Origin: Bacillota bacterium
GTDB taxonomy: Bacteria > Bacillota > Sulfobacillia > JACIYH01
Direction: 5' to 3'
Assembly: GCA_014360055.1 (NCBI GenBank)
Contig: JACIYH010000002.1
Span: 38,673 to 102,672 of the forward strand
Length of the DNA: 64,000 bases
The notes beneath the pieces are model-generated. The model ran no database searches and was not told where the DNA came from. It worked only from the letters and a program-made list of their open reading frames with translations. Each line of letters starts with the position of its first letter. Within the stretch, counting starts at the first letter, position 1. Below, piece after piece: positions 1 through 10,646 of this stretch. A program made the position numbers and the translations under genes.

Positions 1-568
1 GCCGGTGCGGGCCAAGGCCCTGCTCGGTTACGTGCCCGACGAGCCCGTGCTGTACGAGAAACTGACCGGGCGGGAGTTCCTGACCTTTATGGCCGACCTG
101 TACCGGGTGGATGGCAGCCGCAGGAACGAGCGCATCCCGGAGTTGCTGGAACTCTTCGGGCTGACCGAACGTGGGGACGACCTCATCCAGTCCTATTCAC
201 GGGGCATGAGGCAGAAGATCGCGGTGGCGGGGGCGCTGGTGCACGAGCCGCGCGTGCTCGTCCTCGATGAACCCACCGTGGGCCTGGACCCGCGTAGCGC
301 CCGTGTGCTCAAGGACGTCCTCCGGGCTCTCACCGGCAGGGGGGTAACCGTCTTCATGTCCACCCACGTGCTGGAGATCGCCGAGCGCATGTGCACGCGG
401 GTTGGTATCATCGACCGGGGTCGCCTCATCGCCTGCGGGACCATGGAGGAACTACGGGCACAGGCCCGGGAGGATTCGGCCACCCTCGAGGACATCTTCC
501 TCAAGCTCACGGGGGGCACCGAGTACGAGGAAGTGATCCGCCTGCTGGGGGAGGAGGCCGCCTCGTGA
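1..568 (+). CDS. ABC transporter ATP-binding protein, 5' end outside window; ABC signature and Walker B region present
   Basis: ORF 5..568 translates to ...SYSRGMRQKIAVAGALVHEPRVLVLDEPTVGLD..., the ABC signature/Walker B/D-loop region; runs in from upstream of the window. Confidence 0.85.
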   Translation, partial: PVRAKALLGYVPDEPVLYEKLTGREFLTFMADLYRVDGSRRNERIPELLELFGLTERGDDLIQSYSRGMRQKIAVAGALVHEPRVLVLDEPTVGLDPRSARVLKDVLRALTGRGVTVFMSTHVLEIAERMCTRVGIIDRGRLIACGTMEELRAQAREDSATLEDIFLKLTGGTEYEEVIRLLGEEAAS

Positions 569-2373
569 GCCGGTTGTTCGTGTGGAAGTTCCGGCTGTTC
601 TGGCGCTCCCTGGCCCGGCGGTCCCACGTGGCGGCGGCCGTCAGCCTCATCCTCGCCTTCTTTGGCCTGGCTTGGATGGTGGTGGTCTTCCTGGGCTCCC
701 GTTCCGTGTTCGCCTGGACGGCGCGGGGCCTGGCGGGGATGCCCCCGGAAGCCGCCGCCAGGATGCCTCCGGAGGCCGCCGCCATGTTCGCCGGTATGGA
801 GGGCCTCCTGCTTTCGGGCATCTACCTGGTGGGGCTGGCGATCTGCCTTTTCACTGCCTTCGGGACCGCCTTCGTGACCATGTACTCGTCTTCAGACCTG
901 CCCCTCCTTTTCTGTGCCCCTCTCACGGTCAGGCAGGTATTCACGGTCAAGTTCGCCGAGATACTGGCGGCCGAGTCCCTATGGGTCATCCTGCTGGTTT
1001 TGCCGGCCACGCTGGGCTACGGGGCGGGCGTGGGTGCCGGCTGGTGGTACTACCCGGCGGCCCTCGTGCTGGCCTTCATCACGGTGTTCCTGCCCGCGGC
1101 GGTGGGCACCTCCCTGAACCTGCTTGCCATGCGCCTCATCCCGCCCTACCGGGTGAAGGAGCTGGGTGCCGCCCTGGGTTCGCTGCTGGGTGCGGCGTTC
1201 TATGCCCTGAGCCAGCTGGGGCCGCGCTATGCGGCGGGCATGAGCCCGCAGGAACTGGCCCACATGGTGGGCCGCTTTCGTCTGGCGGGTGCGGGGTACT
1301 CCCCGGCCTGGTGGCTGGCCGAGGCCGCCCGCACGGCCGCCCGGGGACCGGCGGATGCGTTCCTGGGCTGGTTCGGGCTGGCGGCCGCCTGTTCTCTCGT
1401 GTTCTTCGCCGTATCGTTCGTGCTGGTGCAGGAGGCGTTCTACGGCGGGTGGGCGGGCAGCGGGGAAGTGCGCCGCAGGCAGCGCCGGCGGATCGCCCGC
1501 CAGCGGCGCACGGCCTGCGCGCCGGCCGCCGCACCCGAGACTGCTGGCGGGATGGCCGACACCGGTGTGCGCCGCGCCCCCGGTCCTGCCCCCGCCGCCG
1601 CTGCGACCCGGGCGCAGTTAGCGCACCCCGCGCGCCCGCCGTCGCCAGTGCTGGCGCTCGCGGGCAAGGAAGTGCGCAGTATCGCGCGTGACATGCGGGA
1701 GTGGTCCCAGGCCCTCTACCTGGTGGTGGTGATGGGCGTGGGCCTGGTGGTCCCCTTTGTGAAGGGCGGGAGCACGCGCTTCCTTGCCGGTACGGGCGGG
1801 CTGTACGCCGGCCTGGGAGTCGCCTACCTGATGCTCGGGGGTTTGGCCGGTTACCTGGGCGTGGGAGCCGTGGGTCGCGAGGGTGGGAGCTGGCCCCTCT
1901 TGCGCAGCACTCCGGTGACCGGAGAGGAGATCCTCTGGGGAAAGGCCCTGGGGGTCATGCCCCTGGTGATGGCTCCGGGGCTGGCGCTGACCCCCTTGCT
2001 CGGCCTGGCCCTGGGGGGCGGCATCCGGGCCGTGGCGCTGATGGCCGTATTCGTCCTCGTGGTCGCGCCGGGGTTGGCTTCCCTCAACGTGGCCGCCGGT
2101 GCCCTCCACCCGAACTTCACCGCCCGGGACCCGCGCCAGCGGACCTCGGGCTGGGGGTTCCTGCTGAGCCTTCTTCTGGAAGCCGGCTACGCCGCCGCCC
2201 TGGCAGCGGGTGTCTGGATGATGGCAGCGGGGTCCTGGACCGGGGTGCGCGCCTGGCTGCGGGCGGTGGGGCTGGTGATCGTGCTGGGGTCGAGTGCCTG
2301 TGCAGCGACCGTGCCGGTGGTGCTGGCCGGCCGCCACCTCGATACCCGGGAGCCCGTCTCTTCGCATCAGTAG
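565..2373 (+). CDS. ABC-2 type transporter permease, multi-pass membrane protein
   Basis: GTG at 565 overlaps the upstream stop (GTGA); many hydrophobic segments; Ala/Pro/Arg-rich cytoplasmic loop; in-frame part of track ORF 391..2373. Confidence 0.65.
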   Translation: MSRLFVWKFRLFWRSLARRSHVAAAVSLILAFFGLAWMVVVFLGSRSVFAWTARGLAGMPPEAAARMPPEAAAMFAGMEGLLLSGIYLVGLAICLFTAFGTAFVTMYSSSDLPLLFCAPLTVRQVFTVKFAEILAAESLWVILLVLPATLGYGAGVGAGWWYYPAALVLAFITVFLPAAVGTSLNLLAMRLIPPYRVKELGAALGSLLGAAFYALSQLGPRYAAGMSPQELAHMVGRFRLAGAGYSPAWWLAEAARTAARGPADAFLGWFGLAAACSLVFFAVSFVLVQEAFYGGWAGSGEVRRRQRRRIARQRRTACAPAAAPETAGGMADTGVRRAPGPAPAAAATRAQLAHPARPPSPVLALAGKEVRSIARDMREWSQALYLVVVMGVGLVVPFVKGGSTRFLAGTGGLYAGLGVAYLMLGGLAGYLGVGAVGREGGSWPLLRSTPVTGEEILWGKALGVMPLVMAPGLALTPLLGLALGGGIRAVALMAVFVLVVAPGLASLNVAAGALHPNFTARDPRQRTSGWGFLLSLLLEAGYAAALAAGVWMMAAGSWTGVRAWLRAVGLVIVLGSSACAATVPVVLAGRHLDTREPVSSHQ

Positions 2374-2401
2374 GCCGCGGGCGGGGGCAGGGGGGATAAG
2401 C

Positions 2402-2942
2402 ATGGCAGGAGCATTTGTCGTCATCATCGCGAGCCTGGCGGTCATCTGGGAATGGGGCAGGAGGGACAGCCTTCCCCCGCGTGCGCTGGTCTTTGGCCTG
2501 TCCGTGGGGGCAGCCGGTGGAGTGGTCCAGCACCTCGCTCAGGCACGGGTTTTCCCCGGTCCCGGCCCTAGCTGGGTGCTGGCCGTGGTCGTCTGCGGGT
2601 TGGCGGGAGTGGCCGGCACCATCGCGGCACTCAGGTGCGGCCTTCGGCCGGCGCTGGCACTCGCACGGCCTGGGCCGGCGGCAGTGTGTCGTGCTCTGGG
2701 TGCTGCGGCAGCTCCTGGCAGGCAGGCACGAGCGGGTTTCTGTGGTCGGGGCGTTGCTCCTCAGCGCACTGATTCTTGTGGCCATGCATGGGCGACTCCC
2801 GCCCGGGTACTGGGTTTACGCGACGGGTGGCGGCGTCCTCCTCGGGTTCCTCTTCCTGAGACACGGCATCGAGGCCCCCATGGTGGCGCACTTCCTGGCC
2901 GATCTCTTGTCCTGGGGGCCGGTGGTCATGGGGTGGGTGTAA
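2402..2942 (+). pseudogene. membrane protein with CPBP (CAAX protease)-like C-terminal motif, apparently frameshifted near 2690
   Basis: ATG 2402 with RBS; hydrophobic N-terminal half in frame 2 (2402..about 2690); C-terminal half only in frame 0, ending ...GFLFLRHGIEAPMVAHFLADLLSW (HxxxD-type CPBP motif); both frames stop within 5 nt. Confidence 0.3.
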
Positions 2943-3104
2943 GCTGAAGGAGGAAAAATGGCGTGGGGGTCGAATAGAAAGCTGGGCTGCGATACCAGCC
3001 CTCGCGACAACTGAAGAGCGGGGATGAGGGTTGCGGGAGGCCGGCTCCGGACGGGCCGCAGGCGGGCCGGGCGCAGGGCCGGGGTGGCGGGCGCACCGCA
3101 GCCG

Positions 3105-3295
3105 GACCAACCTCTGGAGAGGCGCGGGTACCCGTGGCAACGGACCAGGAGAGCCTGACTCCATCGTGGCCGGGGCATTCGCCGGGGTACCGCCACCGAA
3201 GGGGCAACTTCGAGGAGAAGGAAACTCTCAGGTGCAAGGACAGGGGAGCTCACTTCTGTGTGGGTTCTCCTGTTCCTGTTTTCGGGCAGGATATA
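3105..3295 (+). ncRNA. glycine riboswitch (one clear aptamer plus terminator-type expression platform) upstream of gcvT
   Basis: CTCTGGAGAG ... CCGCCACCGAAGGGGCAA ... AAACTCTCAGGTGCAAGGACAGGGGAG matches the glycine aptamer core; alternative pairing with downstream CTCCTGT followed by a T-tract. Confidence 0.75.
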
Positions 3296-3411
3296 CCCGG
3301 CGACGGGAGGGTACCGCGGCGCAGGACGATGGGTTCCCGCGAACGGGAGATTACCCGGGGACGGGACATTCCCGGGACGGCGGTCCCGGGCAGGAAAGGA
3401 GGGTGACGGTT

Positions 3412-4524
3412 ATGGGGATGGAGGAACTGAAGAAGACGCCGCTCTATGGCAACCACCTCAAGTACGGCGGCCGGATCATCGACTTCGCGGGATGGGCGCT
3501 GCCCGTGCAGTTCCGCAGCATCATCGAGGAGCACCACCAGGTGCGCAAGGCGGCCGGACTGTTCGATGTGTCGGACATGGGGGAGCTGGACATAAGGGGG
3601 CCGCAGGCCCTGGACCTGTTGCAGTACGCCCTCACCAACGACATGTCGACCGTGGCGGTCAACCAGGTACGGTACTCGCCCATGTGCAACCATCGGGGCG
3701 GTGTGGTGGACGACCTGCTGGTGTACCGGCTGGGCGAGGACCACTACTTCCTGGTGATCAACGCCGCCAACATCGAGAAGGACTACAACTGGGTGAAGGA
3801 ACTCGCGGGCCGCTTCCCGGGGGCGAAGGTGGAGAACGTCTCCGACAAGGTGGCGGAGCTGGCCCTGCAGGGACCCAACTCGGAGGCCATCCTGAGTAGG
3901 CTGACCAGGGCCGACCTTTCGGCCATCCGCTACTACTGGTGCGCCCAGGACGTGGAGGTGGCCGGGGTCAGGTGCATGGTTTCCCGCACCGGGTACACGG
4001 GGGAGGACGGGTTCGAGATCTTCTGTTCGCCCGAGGAAGCCCCCGGCCTGTGGGACACCCTGCTCGAGGAGGGCGACGAGTTGGGGCTGTGGCCGTGCGG
4101 GCTGGGCTGTCGGGACACCCTGCGCTTCGAGGCGGCCATGCCCCTTTACGGCCAGGAGATGGACGACGACACCACGCCCCTGGAGGCGGGACTGGGCAAG
4201 TACGTGAAGTTCGACAAGGGCGACTTCGTGGGCCGGGAGCCCCTGCTGGAGGAGAAGCGCACCGGCCTGCGCAAGAAGCTGGTGGGCCTGGAGATGGTAG
4301 GCCGGGGCATCGCCCGCACCGGCTACCCCGTGCTGAAGGATGGGGAGAAAGTGGGGTACGTGACCACCGGGTCGTACGCCCCCACCCTGGACAAGAACCT
4401 GGCGCTGGCCTTCGTGCCCCCGCAGCTGGCGGAAGTGGGGACCGGCTTGCAGGTGGAGATCCGGGGCAGGGGCGTGGGTGCCCGGGTGGTGAAGACCCCG
4501 TTCTACAGGAGGAGGGATAAGTGA
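3412..4524 (+). CDS. gcvT: aminomethyltransferase, glycine cleavage system T protein
   Basis: [20 protein letters not shown]...; ATG 3412 preceded by AGGAAAGGAGGG; in-frame part of ORF 3031..4524. Confidence 0.95.
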   Translation: MGMEELKKTPLYGNHLKYGGRIIDFAGWALPVQFRSIIEEHHQVRKAAGLFDVSDMGELDIRGPQALDLLQYALTNDMSTVAVNQVRYSPMCNHRGGVVDDLLVYRLGEDHYFLVINAANIEKDYNWVKELAGRFPGAKVENVSDKVAELALQGPNSEAILSRLTRADLSAIRYYWCAQDVEVAGVRCMVSRTGYTGEDGFEIFCSPEEAPGLWDTLLEEGDELGLWPCGLGCRDTLRFEAAMPLYGQEMDDDTTPLEAGLGKYVKFDKGDFVGREPLLEEKRTGLRKKLVGLEMVGRGIARTGYPVLKDGEKVGYVTTGSYAPTLDKNLALAFVPPQLAEVGTGLQVEIRGRGVGARVVKTPFYRRRDK

Positions 4525-4910
4525 TGTATCCTGCGGAGTTCCGTTACACCAAGACCCACGAGTGGGCTAAGGTGGAGGGCGACCTGGCGCGGGTGGGGAT
4601 CACCAACTACGCCCAGGAGCACCTGGGGGACATCGTGTTCGTGGAGTTGCCCGAAGTGGGCCGCCAGGTCAAGCAGGGCGAGGCCTTCGGCGTGGTGGAG
4701 TCGGTGAAGGCGGTGTCGGACTGCTACGCCCCCGTGAGCGGCGAGGTGGTGGAGGTGAACGGAGTACTGGCTGATAAGCCCGAGACCCTCAACCAGGATC
4801 CCCACGGGGAAGGGTGGATGGTGGTAATCCGGATGTCCGATCCGGCCGAACTCGGCAACCTCATGGACGTGGCCGCCTACGAGAAGCACTGCGAGGAGGA
4901 GGCGCACTGA
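4521..4910 (+). CDS. gcvH: glycine cleavage system H protein (lipoyl carrier)
   Basis: 129 aa; lipoyl-lysine motif ESVKAVSD; GTGATG start overlaps the gcvT stop. Confidence 0.95.
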   Translation: MMYPAEFRYTKTHEWAKVEGDLARVGITNYAQEHLGDIVFVELPEVGRQVKQGEAFGVVESVKAVSDCYAPVSGEVVEVNGVLADKPETLNQDPHGEGWMVVIRMSDPAELGNLMDVAAYEKHCEEEAH

Positions 4911-6265
4911 TGGACTTCATCCCCAACACGGACCGCAACCGGGAGGCGATGTTGCGGGCCATCGGGGTGGGGTCGCTGGAGGAGCTCTTCGCGGACATCC
5001 CTCCGGAGGCCCGGCTGGACCGTCCCCTGCGGCTGCCGGAGCCCATGGCGGAGCTGGAACTCCAGCAGCACATGCTGGAGCTTGCCGACAAGAACGCCCA
5101 TCTGGGGCACCTGGTGTGCTTCGCGGGGGCGGGCATCTACGACCACTATATCCCCGCCGTGGTCGACCACGTCATCTCGCGCTCGGAGTTCTACACGGCG
5201 TACACGCCGTACCAGCCCGAGGTCAGCCAGGCGGTGCTGCAGTCCATCTTCGAGTACCAGACCATGATCTGTGAGCTCACGGGGATGGACGTTTCCCAGG
5301 CCTCGCACTACGACGGGGCCACCGCCCTGGCGGAGGCGGGGTTGATCGGTTGCAGCACCACGGGGCGGCGGCACATGGTGGTGTCGTCCACGGTGCACCC
5401 CGAGTACCGGCGGGTGCTGCACACTTACGCCGCGGGTGCCGACCTGAAGGTGACGGAGGTCCCCTACCGGGACGGCGTCACCGACCTGGAGGCCCTGGAG
5501 CGGGCGCTGGCACCGGGGGCCGAGGGCGGGGAGCCTGCGTGCCTGCTGGTGCAGCACCCCAACTTCTTCGGCTGCCTGGAGCCCGTGGCCGACATGGCGC
5601 AACTCATCCACGGCCGGGGCGGCCTCTTCGTGGTGGCCGCTTCCCCCATCAGCCTGGGTCTCTTGACTCCGCCCGGGGCCTACGGGGCGGACATGGCGGT
5701 GGGCGAGGGGCAGGCGCTGGGCAACGTGCCGTCCTTCGGGGGTCCCACCTTCGGCTACTTCGCCGTCACCGAGAAGCTGGTGCGCCGGCTCCCCGGCCGG
5801 GTGGTGGGTCAGACCGTAGACTCCCGCGGGCAGAGGGGGTTCGTGCTCACCCTGCAGACCCGGGAGCAGCACATCCGCCGCGAGAAGGCCACCTCCAACA
5901 TCTGCTCCAACGAGGCCCTCAATGCGCTGGCGGCCACCGTGTACCTGGCCACCCTGGGGAAGCGGGGCATCCGGGAGGTGGCCGAACTGTGCCTCAAGAA
6001 GGCCCACTATGCCCGGGATGCCATCGCGGCGCTGCCGGGCTTCTCACCGGCCTTCGGGGCGCCCTTCTTCATGGAGTTCGCCGTGCGCTGCCCCTGCCCG
6101 CCCGCCGAACTGGTGAAGCGGGGGACGGCGAAGGGTATGCTGCCGGGCGTGGCCCTGGGCCGCTTCTATCCGGAACTCGATGACTGCCTGCTGGTGGCGG
6201 TCACCGAGAAGCGGAGCAGGGTCCAGATCGACGCCCTGGCCAAAGTACTGGAGGGATGCGCATGA
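4910..6265 (+). CDS. gcvPA: glycine dehydrogenase (decarboxylating) subunit 1
   Basis: [31 protein letters not shown]...; ATG overlaps the gcvH stop (ATGA). Confidence 0.93.
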   Translation: MDFIPNTDRNREAMLRAIGVGSLEELFADIPPEARLDRPLRLPEPMAELELQQHMLELADKNAHLGHLVCFAGAGIYDHYIPAVVDHVISRSEFYTAYTPYQPEVSQAVLQSIFEYQTMICELTGMDVSQASHYDGATALAEAGLIGCSTTGRRHMVVSSTVHPEYRRVLHTYAAGADLKVTEVPYRDGVTDLEALERALAPGAEGGEPACLLVQHPNFFGCLEPVADMAQLIHGRGGLFVVAASPISLGLLTPPGAYGADMAVGEGQALGNVPSFGGPTFGYFAVTEKLVRRLPGRVVGQTVDSRGQRGFVLTLQTREQHIRREKATSNICSNEALNALAATVYLATLGKRGIREVAELCLKKAHYARDAIAALPGFSPAFGAPFFMEFAVRCPCPPAELVKRGTAKGMLPGVALGRFYPELDDCLLVAVTEKRSRVQIDALAKVLEGCA

Positions 6266-7725
6266 AGGGCCCGGAACCCCTCATATTCGAGTTGAGTTCG
6301 CCGGGACGGAAGGCATATTCCCTCCCCGCCAGTGACGTGCCGGAGAAGGACATCCGGTCGCTCATACCCGGGGGATTCCTGCGGGAGGGTGAGCCCGACC
6401 TGCCGGAAGTCTCCGAGGTGGACGTGGTCCGGCACTACACCCGCCTGAGCCAGCTCAACCACGGGGTGGACATCGGCTTTTACCCCCTGGGGTCCTGCAC
6501 CATGAAGTACAGCCCCAAGGTGAACGAGTGGGCGGCGCGCCTCCCCGGGTTCGCCTGGCTGCACCCGTACCAGCCGGAGGAGCTGGTCCAGGGCGCCCTG
6601 CAACTCATGTACGAGTTGCAGCAGTACCTGGCCGAGATCGGCGGGGTCGACAAGGTGTCCCTGCAGCCGGCGGCGGGTGCCCACGGGGAACTCACCGGGC
6701 TGCTCATCATCCGCGCCTATCACCGGCACCGGGGGGAACTCGGCCGGGACAAGATCATCGTCCCCGACTCCGCCCACGGCACCAACCCGGCCTCGGCGGC
6801 CATGACGGGGTGCCGAATCGTGGAGGTCAAGTCGGACTCCCGGGGCGGGGTGGACGTGGGCGAACTGGAGAAGGTGCTGGACGAGCGGGTGGCGGCCCTC
6901 ATGCTCACCAACCCCAACACCCTGGGGCTGTTCGACGAGAACATCGTGCGCATCGCCCGCATGGTCCACGACAAGGGAGGGCTCCTGTACTACGACGGGG
7001 CCAATGCCAACGCCATCATGGGCTACTCGCGGCCCGGCGACATGGGCTTCGACGTGGTGCACTTCAACCTCCACAAGACCTTCTCCACGCCCCACGGGGG
7101 CGGCGGCCCCGGGTCGGGGCCGGTGGGGGTGAAGGAGAAACTCATCCCCTTCCTGCCCGTGCCCACGGTGGGGTTCGACGGCGAACGCTACTTCCTGGAG
7201 TACGACCGGCCCCTCACCATCGGGCAGATGAAGGCCTTCTACGGCAACTTCGGGGTGGCGGTGAAGGCCTATGCCTACATCCGCGCCCTGGGGGCGGAGG
7301 GCCTCAAGCGGGTGTCCGAGAACGCGGTGCTCAACGCCAACTACGTCATGCGCAGGCTCCTCGAGTGGTACGACCTCCCCTACGACCGCCACTGCAAGCA
7401 CGAGTTCGTGGTGAACCCGCGCCGCATCAAGGACCGCACCGGGGTGAAAACCCTGGACATCGCCAAGCGGCTGCTGGACTACGGCGTGCACCCGCCCACG
7501 GTGTACTTCCCGCTCATCGTGGACGAGGCCCTCATGATCGAGCCCACCGAGACGGAGAGCCAGGAGGCCCTCGATTACTTCGTCGAGGCCCTGGGGAAGA
7601 TCGCCGAAGAGGCGGAACGGGACCCCGAGAAGGTGAAGACGGCGCCGCACACCACTCCCGTGGGGCGGCTGGATGAGGCGGGGGCGGCGCGCCGTCCGGT
7701 GCTGCGCTGGAGGCGGGGTGCCTGA
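6256..7725 (+). CDS. gcvPB: glycine dehydrogenase (decarboxylating) subunit 2, PLP-dependent
   Basis: 489 aa; [21 protein letters not shown]...; overlaps the gcvPA stop. Confidence 0.93.
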   Translation: MRMKGPEPLIFELSSPGRKAYSLPASDVPEKDIRSLIPGGFLREGEPDLPEVSEVDVVRHYTRLSQLNHGVDIGFYPLGSCTMKYSPKVNEWAARLPGFAWLHPYQPEELVQGALQLMYELQQYLAEIGGVDKVSLQPAAGAHGELTGLLIIRAYHRHRGELGRDKIIVPDSAHGTNPASAAMTGCRIVEVKSDSRGGVDVGELEKVLDERVAALMLTNPNTLGLFDENIVRIARMVHDKGGLLYYDGANANAIMGYSRPGDMGFDVVHFNLHKTFSTPHGGGGPGSGPVGVKEKLIPFLPVPTVGFDGERYFLEYDRPLTIGQMKAFYGNFGVAVKAYAYIRALGAEGLKRVSENAVLNANYVMRRLLEWYDLPYDRHCKHEFVVNPRRIKDRTGVKTLDIAKRLLDYGVHPPTVYFPLIVDEALMIEPTETESQEALDYFVEALGKIAEEAERDPEKVKTAPHTTPVGRLDEAGAARRPVLRWRRGA

Positions 7726-7777
7726 TGCCCTTCCTGGCCGTCGGGTCGACCGGTGCCGCCCGGGGGAAGGCTCCCTG

Positions 7778-8734
7778 ATGCCCGCGCCCGCAGCCGTTTC
7801 GGAGAAACTCACCCGTGCCCTGGAGCGGGCGTGGGAGGTGCGGGGGGGCTTCCCCTGTGTCCTGGCGGTGGATCGCCCCCGGGACACGGTGCCGGTGAGC
7901 GTGACGGGCACGGCCTGTGCGTTGAACTGTGCCCACTGCGGCGGCCACTACCTGAAAAACATGCGGGGCCCCGGGGATGTTCCCGTGCCCGGGGCCCCCA
8001 GCTACCTGGTGAGCGGCGGGTGCGACGGTGGCGGGAAGGTGCCACTGCACCGTAACCTGGATTTGCTGGCGCGGCTGCGGGCCACCGGCGCCCGTCTGAA
8101 CCTCCACACCGGCCTGGTGGCCGAGGAGGAAGCGCGGCTCCTGGCCCCCTACGGTGCGGTGGCCTCCCTGGACTGGGCGGTGCACGCTCCTACCGTGCGC
8201 GAGGTGACCGGCCTGGAGGCCGGCCCGGAGGACTACCTGCGCACCTACCGGGCGCTGGCCCGCAACCTGCCGGTCGTCCCCCACATATGTGTGGGACTAC
8301 GCGGCGGGTCCATCCAGGGGGAGTGGGAGGCCATTGAAGCACTGGTGGAACTGGGGCCCGCGGCGGTGGTGTTCCTGGTGTTCATGCCCACCCCCGGCAC
8401 CCGGTACGAGAACTGCGCTCCCCCCGACCCCGAGGCGGTGGCAGTGCTGCTGGCCTACGCTCGCACACGGCTACCGGGGGCGGAGATCGCCCTGGGGTGT
8501 ATGAGGCCGAGGGGTGCTTACCGGCAGCGGCTGGATCCCCTGGCGGTGGCGGCGGGGGTTAACCGTATCGTCATGCCGGCACCTTCCGCCCGGCGGGAGG
8601 CGGTCGCCCGCGGGCTTTCCCTGGTGGAGACGCGGGAATGCTGCGCCCTGGGGACGGTGGCGCCGCCGACGCCGGGGACCGGCACGTCGGACGGGCCGGC
8701 CCAGCCGGGTCGCCGGGGGCGGGTGGCAGGATGA
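7778..8734 (+). CDS. radical SAM protein (CX3CX2C: CALNCAHC) with extra conserved Cys; candidate lipoyl synthase subunit, LipS-like
   Basis: ATG 7778 with RBS GGGGGAAGG; N-terminal CxxxCxxC; sits between gcvPB and a second radical-SAM gene, lipM and lpdA. Confidence 0.75.
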   Translation: MPAPAAVSEKLTRALERAWEVRGGFPCVLAVDRPRDTVPVSVTGTACALNCAHCGGHYLKNMRGPGDVPVPGAPSYLVSGGCDGGGKVPLHRNLDLLARLRATGARLNLHTGLVAEEEARLLAPYGAVASLDWAVHAPTVREVTGLEAGPEDYLRTYRALARNLPVVPHICVGLRGGSIQGEWEAIEALVELGPAAVVFLVFMPTPGTRYENCAPPDPEAVAVLLAYARTRLPGAEIALGCMRPRGAYRQRLDPLAVAAGVNRIVMPAPSARREAVARGLSLVETRECCALGTVAPPTPGTGTSDGPAQPGRRGRVAG

Positions 8735-9816
8735 GGCTGAGGGTGTCGCTGGGCACCGCCCAGGTACTGGGACTGCGCTCGATCAGGCAACCCCATCCCC
8801 CCACCACGGCCTACCTGATGTGGGGGGAGAAGTGCCGCCGTGACTGCGCCTTCTGTGCCCAGGCCCGGGGGTCGGACAGCCGGGCTGACCTGCTCTCGCG
8901 CGTGACCTGGCCGGCCTTCCCCGCGGCGGAGGTGATCTCCCGCCTGAGCGGCTCGGGCGTGCGCAGGGTGTGCGTGCAGGTGGTGGAGCCGGGGTCCCCG
9001 CGGGAGATGGCGGACCTCGTCCTCCTGGTGGGGGAACTGGCCGCCTCGGGGCTGCCGGTATGCGTATCCTGCTTCCTGCCCTCCCTTAAGGTGGCCGAGG
9101 CTCTCCTGCGGGCGGGGGCGGATGGGGTTACCCTGCCCCTGGACGCCGCTTCGCCCGGGGTGTACCAGCTCGTCAAGGGGGGATCGCTGGCGGCGGCGCT
9201 TGCCCACCTGGAGCGAGCGGCGCGGGCCTTCCCCGGGCGCGTGGGTACTCACCTCATCGCGGGACTGGGAGAGAGTGAGGAGGAGATGGTGCTGCTCATC
9301 GGCCGCCTGGTGCAGTTAGGGGTGCGGGTGGGCCTCTTCGCTTTCACCCCGGTGGCGGGGACCCGCATGGCCCATCACCCGCCCCCCTCCCTGGAAAGCT
9401 ACCGGCGGGTGCAGGCCGCCCATTATCTCCTGCGCCGGGGCCTGGCGCGGGCGGAGGAATTCACCTTCGAGGGGGGCAGGCTCACCGGTTTCGGGTCCCG
9501 CTTCCCGCCCGCGCGCCTGCGTGCCCTCCTGGCGGACGGCGAGGCCTTCCGCACCACGGGTTGCCCGGACTGCAACCGTCCCTACTACAACGAGCGCCCC
9601 GGCCAGCCGGTACCCTACAACTACCCCCATCCCCTGGACCCCGGCCAGGCGGAGGGGGAAGTGCAGCGGCTGCTGTCGTCCCTGGAGGCACCCGAGGGAG
9701 GTGCCGGGTCTCCCGTGCAGGGTATGGGGGTAGGCGGGGGCGGCACCGGAGGACCGGGCCGCCGCATGGGCAGCGGCAGCGTGATGGGGGGTAGCGGGAC
9801 TTGCGCTGGCGGCTGA
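8731..9816 (+). CDS. radical SAM protein (CX3CX2C: CRRDCAFC) with C-terminal CxxC and Gly-rich tail; candidate second lipoyl synthase subunit
   Basis: ATG 8731 overlaps the upstream stop (ATGA); MRLRVSLGTAQVLGLRS...WGEKCRRDCAFC...; translationally coupled to the flanking genes. Confidence 0.75.
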   Translation: MRLRVSLGTAQVLGLRSIRQPHPPTTAYLMWGEKCRRDCAFCAQARGSDSRADLLSRVTWPAFPAAEVISRLSGSGVRRVCVQVVEPGSPREMADLVLLVGELAASGLPVCVSCFLPSLKVAEALLRAGADGVTLPLDAASPGVYQLVKGGSLAAALAHLERAARAFPGRVGTHLIAGLGESEEEMVLLIGRLVQLGVRVGLFAFTPVAGTRMAHHPPPSLESYRRVQAAHYLLRRGLARAEEFTFEGGRLTGFGSRFPPARLRALLADGEAFRTTGCPDCNRPYYNERPGQPVPYNYPHPLDPGQAEGEVQRLLSSLEAPEGGAGSPVQGMGVGGGGTGGPGRRMGSGSVMGGSGTCAGG

Positions 9817-10646
9817 TCCGGGACGGATACCATGACGGCGCCACCAACATGGCCGTGGACGAGGCCATCATGCTGGCCCACGCCCGGGGAGAGGTTCCCC
9901 CCACCCTGCGCTTTTACGGCTGGCGGCCGCCCGCCCTGTCGCTGGGTTACGCCCAGAAGGCGGAGCGGGAAGTGGACCTGGAAGCCTGCCGCCGCGCCGG
10001 GGTGGACGTGGTGAGGCGGCCCACGGGCGGGCGGGCGGTGCTGCACGACCGCGAGGTGACCTACAGCGTGGTGATATCCACGGCCCTCTTCCCCGGGAGC
10101 GTGGTGGAAACCTACCGGCGGCTGAGTGCCGGCCTGGTGGAGGGTTTGCGCCTGCTCGGGTTGCAGGCCGAGGTACAGGAGGGGCCGCCCCGGGCGGGGT
10201 TGCGCTCGGCGGCCTGCTTCGACAGCCCTTCCTGGTACGAACTGGTGGTGGAGGGCAAGAAGGTGGTGGGCAGCGCCCAGGTGCGCAGGCTGGGGGTGCT
10301 GCTGCAGCACGGTTCCGTGCCGCTGGAGTTCTCGCCCGCGCAACTGGTTGGCCTGTTACGGCTACCCGCAGGCTGGCGGGCCCGCCTGCAGGAGGACCTG
10401 GCCGCCCACGCCGCCGGCCTGTGCGCCCTGGGGCCTCCCGTCACCTTCGCCGGGGTGTCCGACGCCCTGGCGGAGGGATTCCGGCGGGCCCTGGGCCTGG
10501 AACTCGAAGAACGCGGTCTCACTGCCGACGAGCAGGAAGAGGCCTCCAGGCTGCGGGAGGAGAAATACGCGACCTGGGAATGGAACGTGCTGGGCAAACT
10601 GCAAAGGGAGGATGCTGTCCGTGTACGACATAGTGGTGATCGGTAG
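9801..10646 (+). CDS. lipM: octanoyltransferase / lipoate-protein ligase family protein (LipM/LplA-like)
   Basis: TTG start; MRWRLIRDGYHDGATNMAVDEAIMLAHARGEVPPTLRFYGWRPPALSLGYAQ is close to B. subtilis LipM [22 protein letters not shown]...IRFYGW; 281 aa. Confidence 0.85.
   Translation: MRWRLIRDGYHDGATNMAVDEAIMLAHARGEVPPTLRFYGWRPPALSLGYAQKAEREVDLEACRRAGVDVVRRPTGGRAVLHDREVTYSVVISTALFPGSVVETYRRLSAGLVEGLRLLGLQAEVQEGPPRAGLRSAACFDSPSWYELVVEGKKVVGSAQVRRLGVLLQHGSVPLEFSPAQLVGLLRLPAGWRARLQEDLAAHAAGLCALGPPVTFAGVSDALAEGFRRALGLELEERGLTADEQEEASRLREEKYATWEWNVLGKLQREDAVRVRHSGDR

Noticed and set aside
582-1691. 369-aa ORF in an alternate + frame inside the ABC permease. Similar overlapping-frame ORFs occur at 6528..7676, 15684..16304, 18121..18636 and 39919..40288
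   Set aside because: Gly/Arg/Pro-rich with no motifs. The co-located frame encodes the recognisable protein.
2958-3014. 17-codon ORF MAWGSNRKLGCDTSPRDN with a strong GAAGGAGG RBS upstream of the glycine riboswitch
   Set aside because: No homology evident and it could be chance. Noted because of the strong RBS.
3250-3400. Second glycine aptamer downstream of the clear one
   Set aside because: Only a loose resemblance (ACGGGAGGG ... GCGCAGGACGA) and no ACCGAAGG core. It is treated as expression platform until a covariance-model scan says otherwise.
6166-7911. 581-aa minus-strand ORF antisense to gcvPB. The same pattern recurs at 16578..18284, 25070..26515, 35811..36863, 39129..40466, 45010..46974, 48082..49620 and 56811..58061
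   Set aside because: These have the Arg/Gly/His/Pro-rich low-complexity translations typical of out-of-frame reading of 70% GC coding DNA. Each overlaps a + strand gene (or, for 56811..58061, the minus-strand cPGS-like gene) that has clear family motifs.
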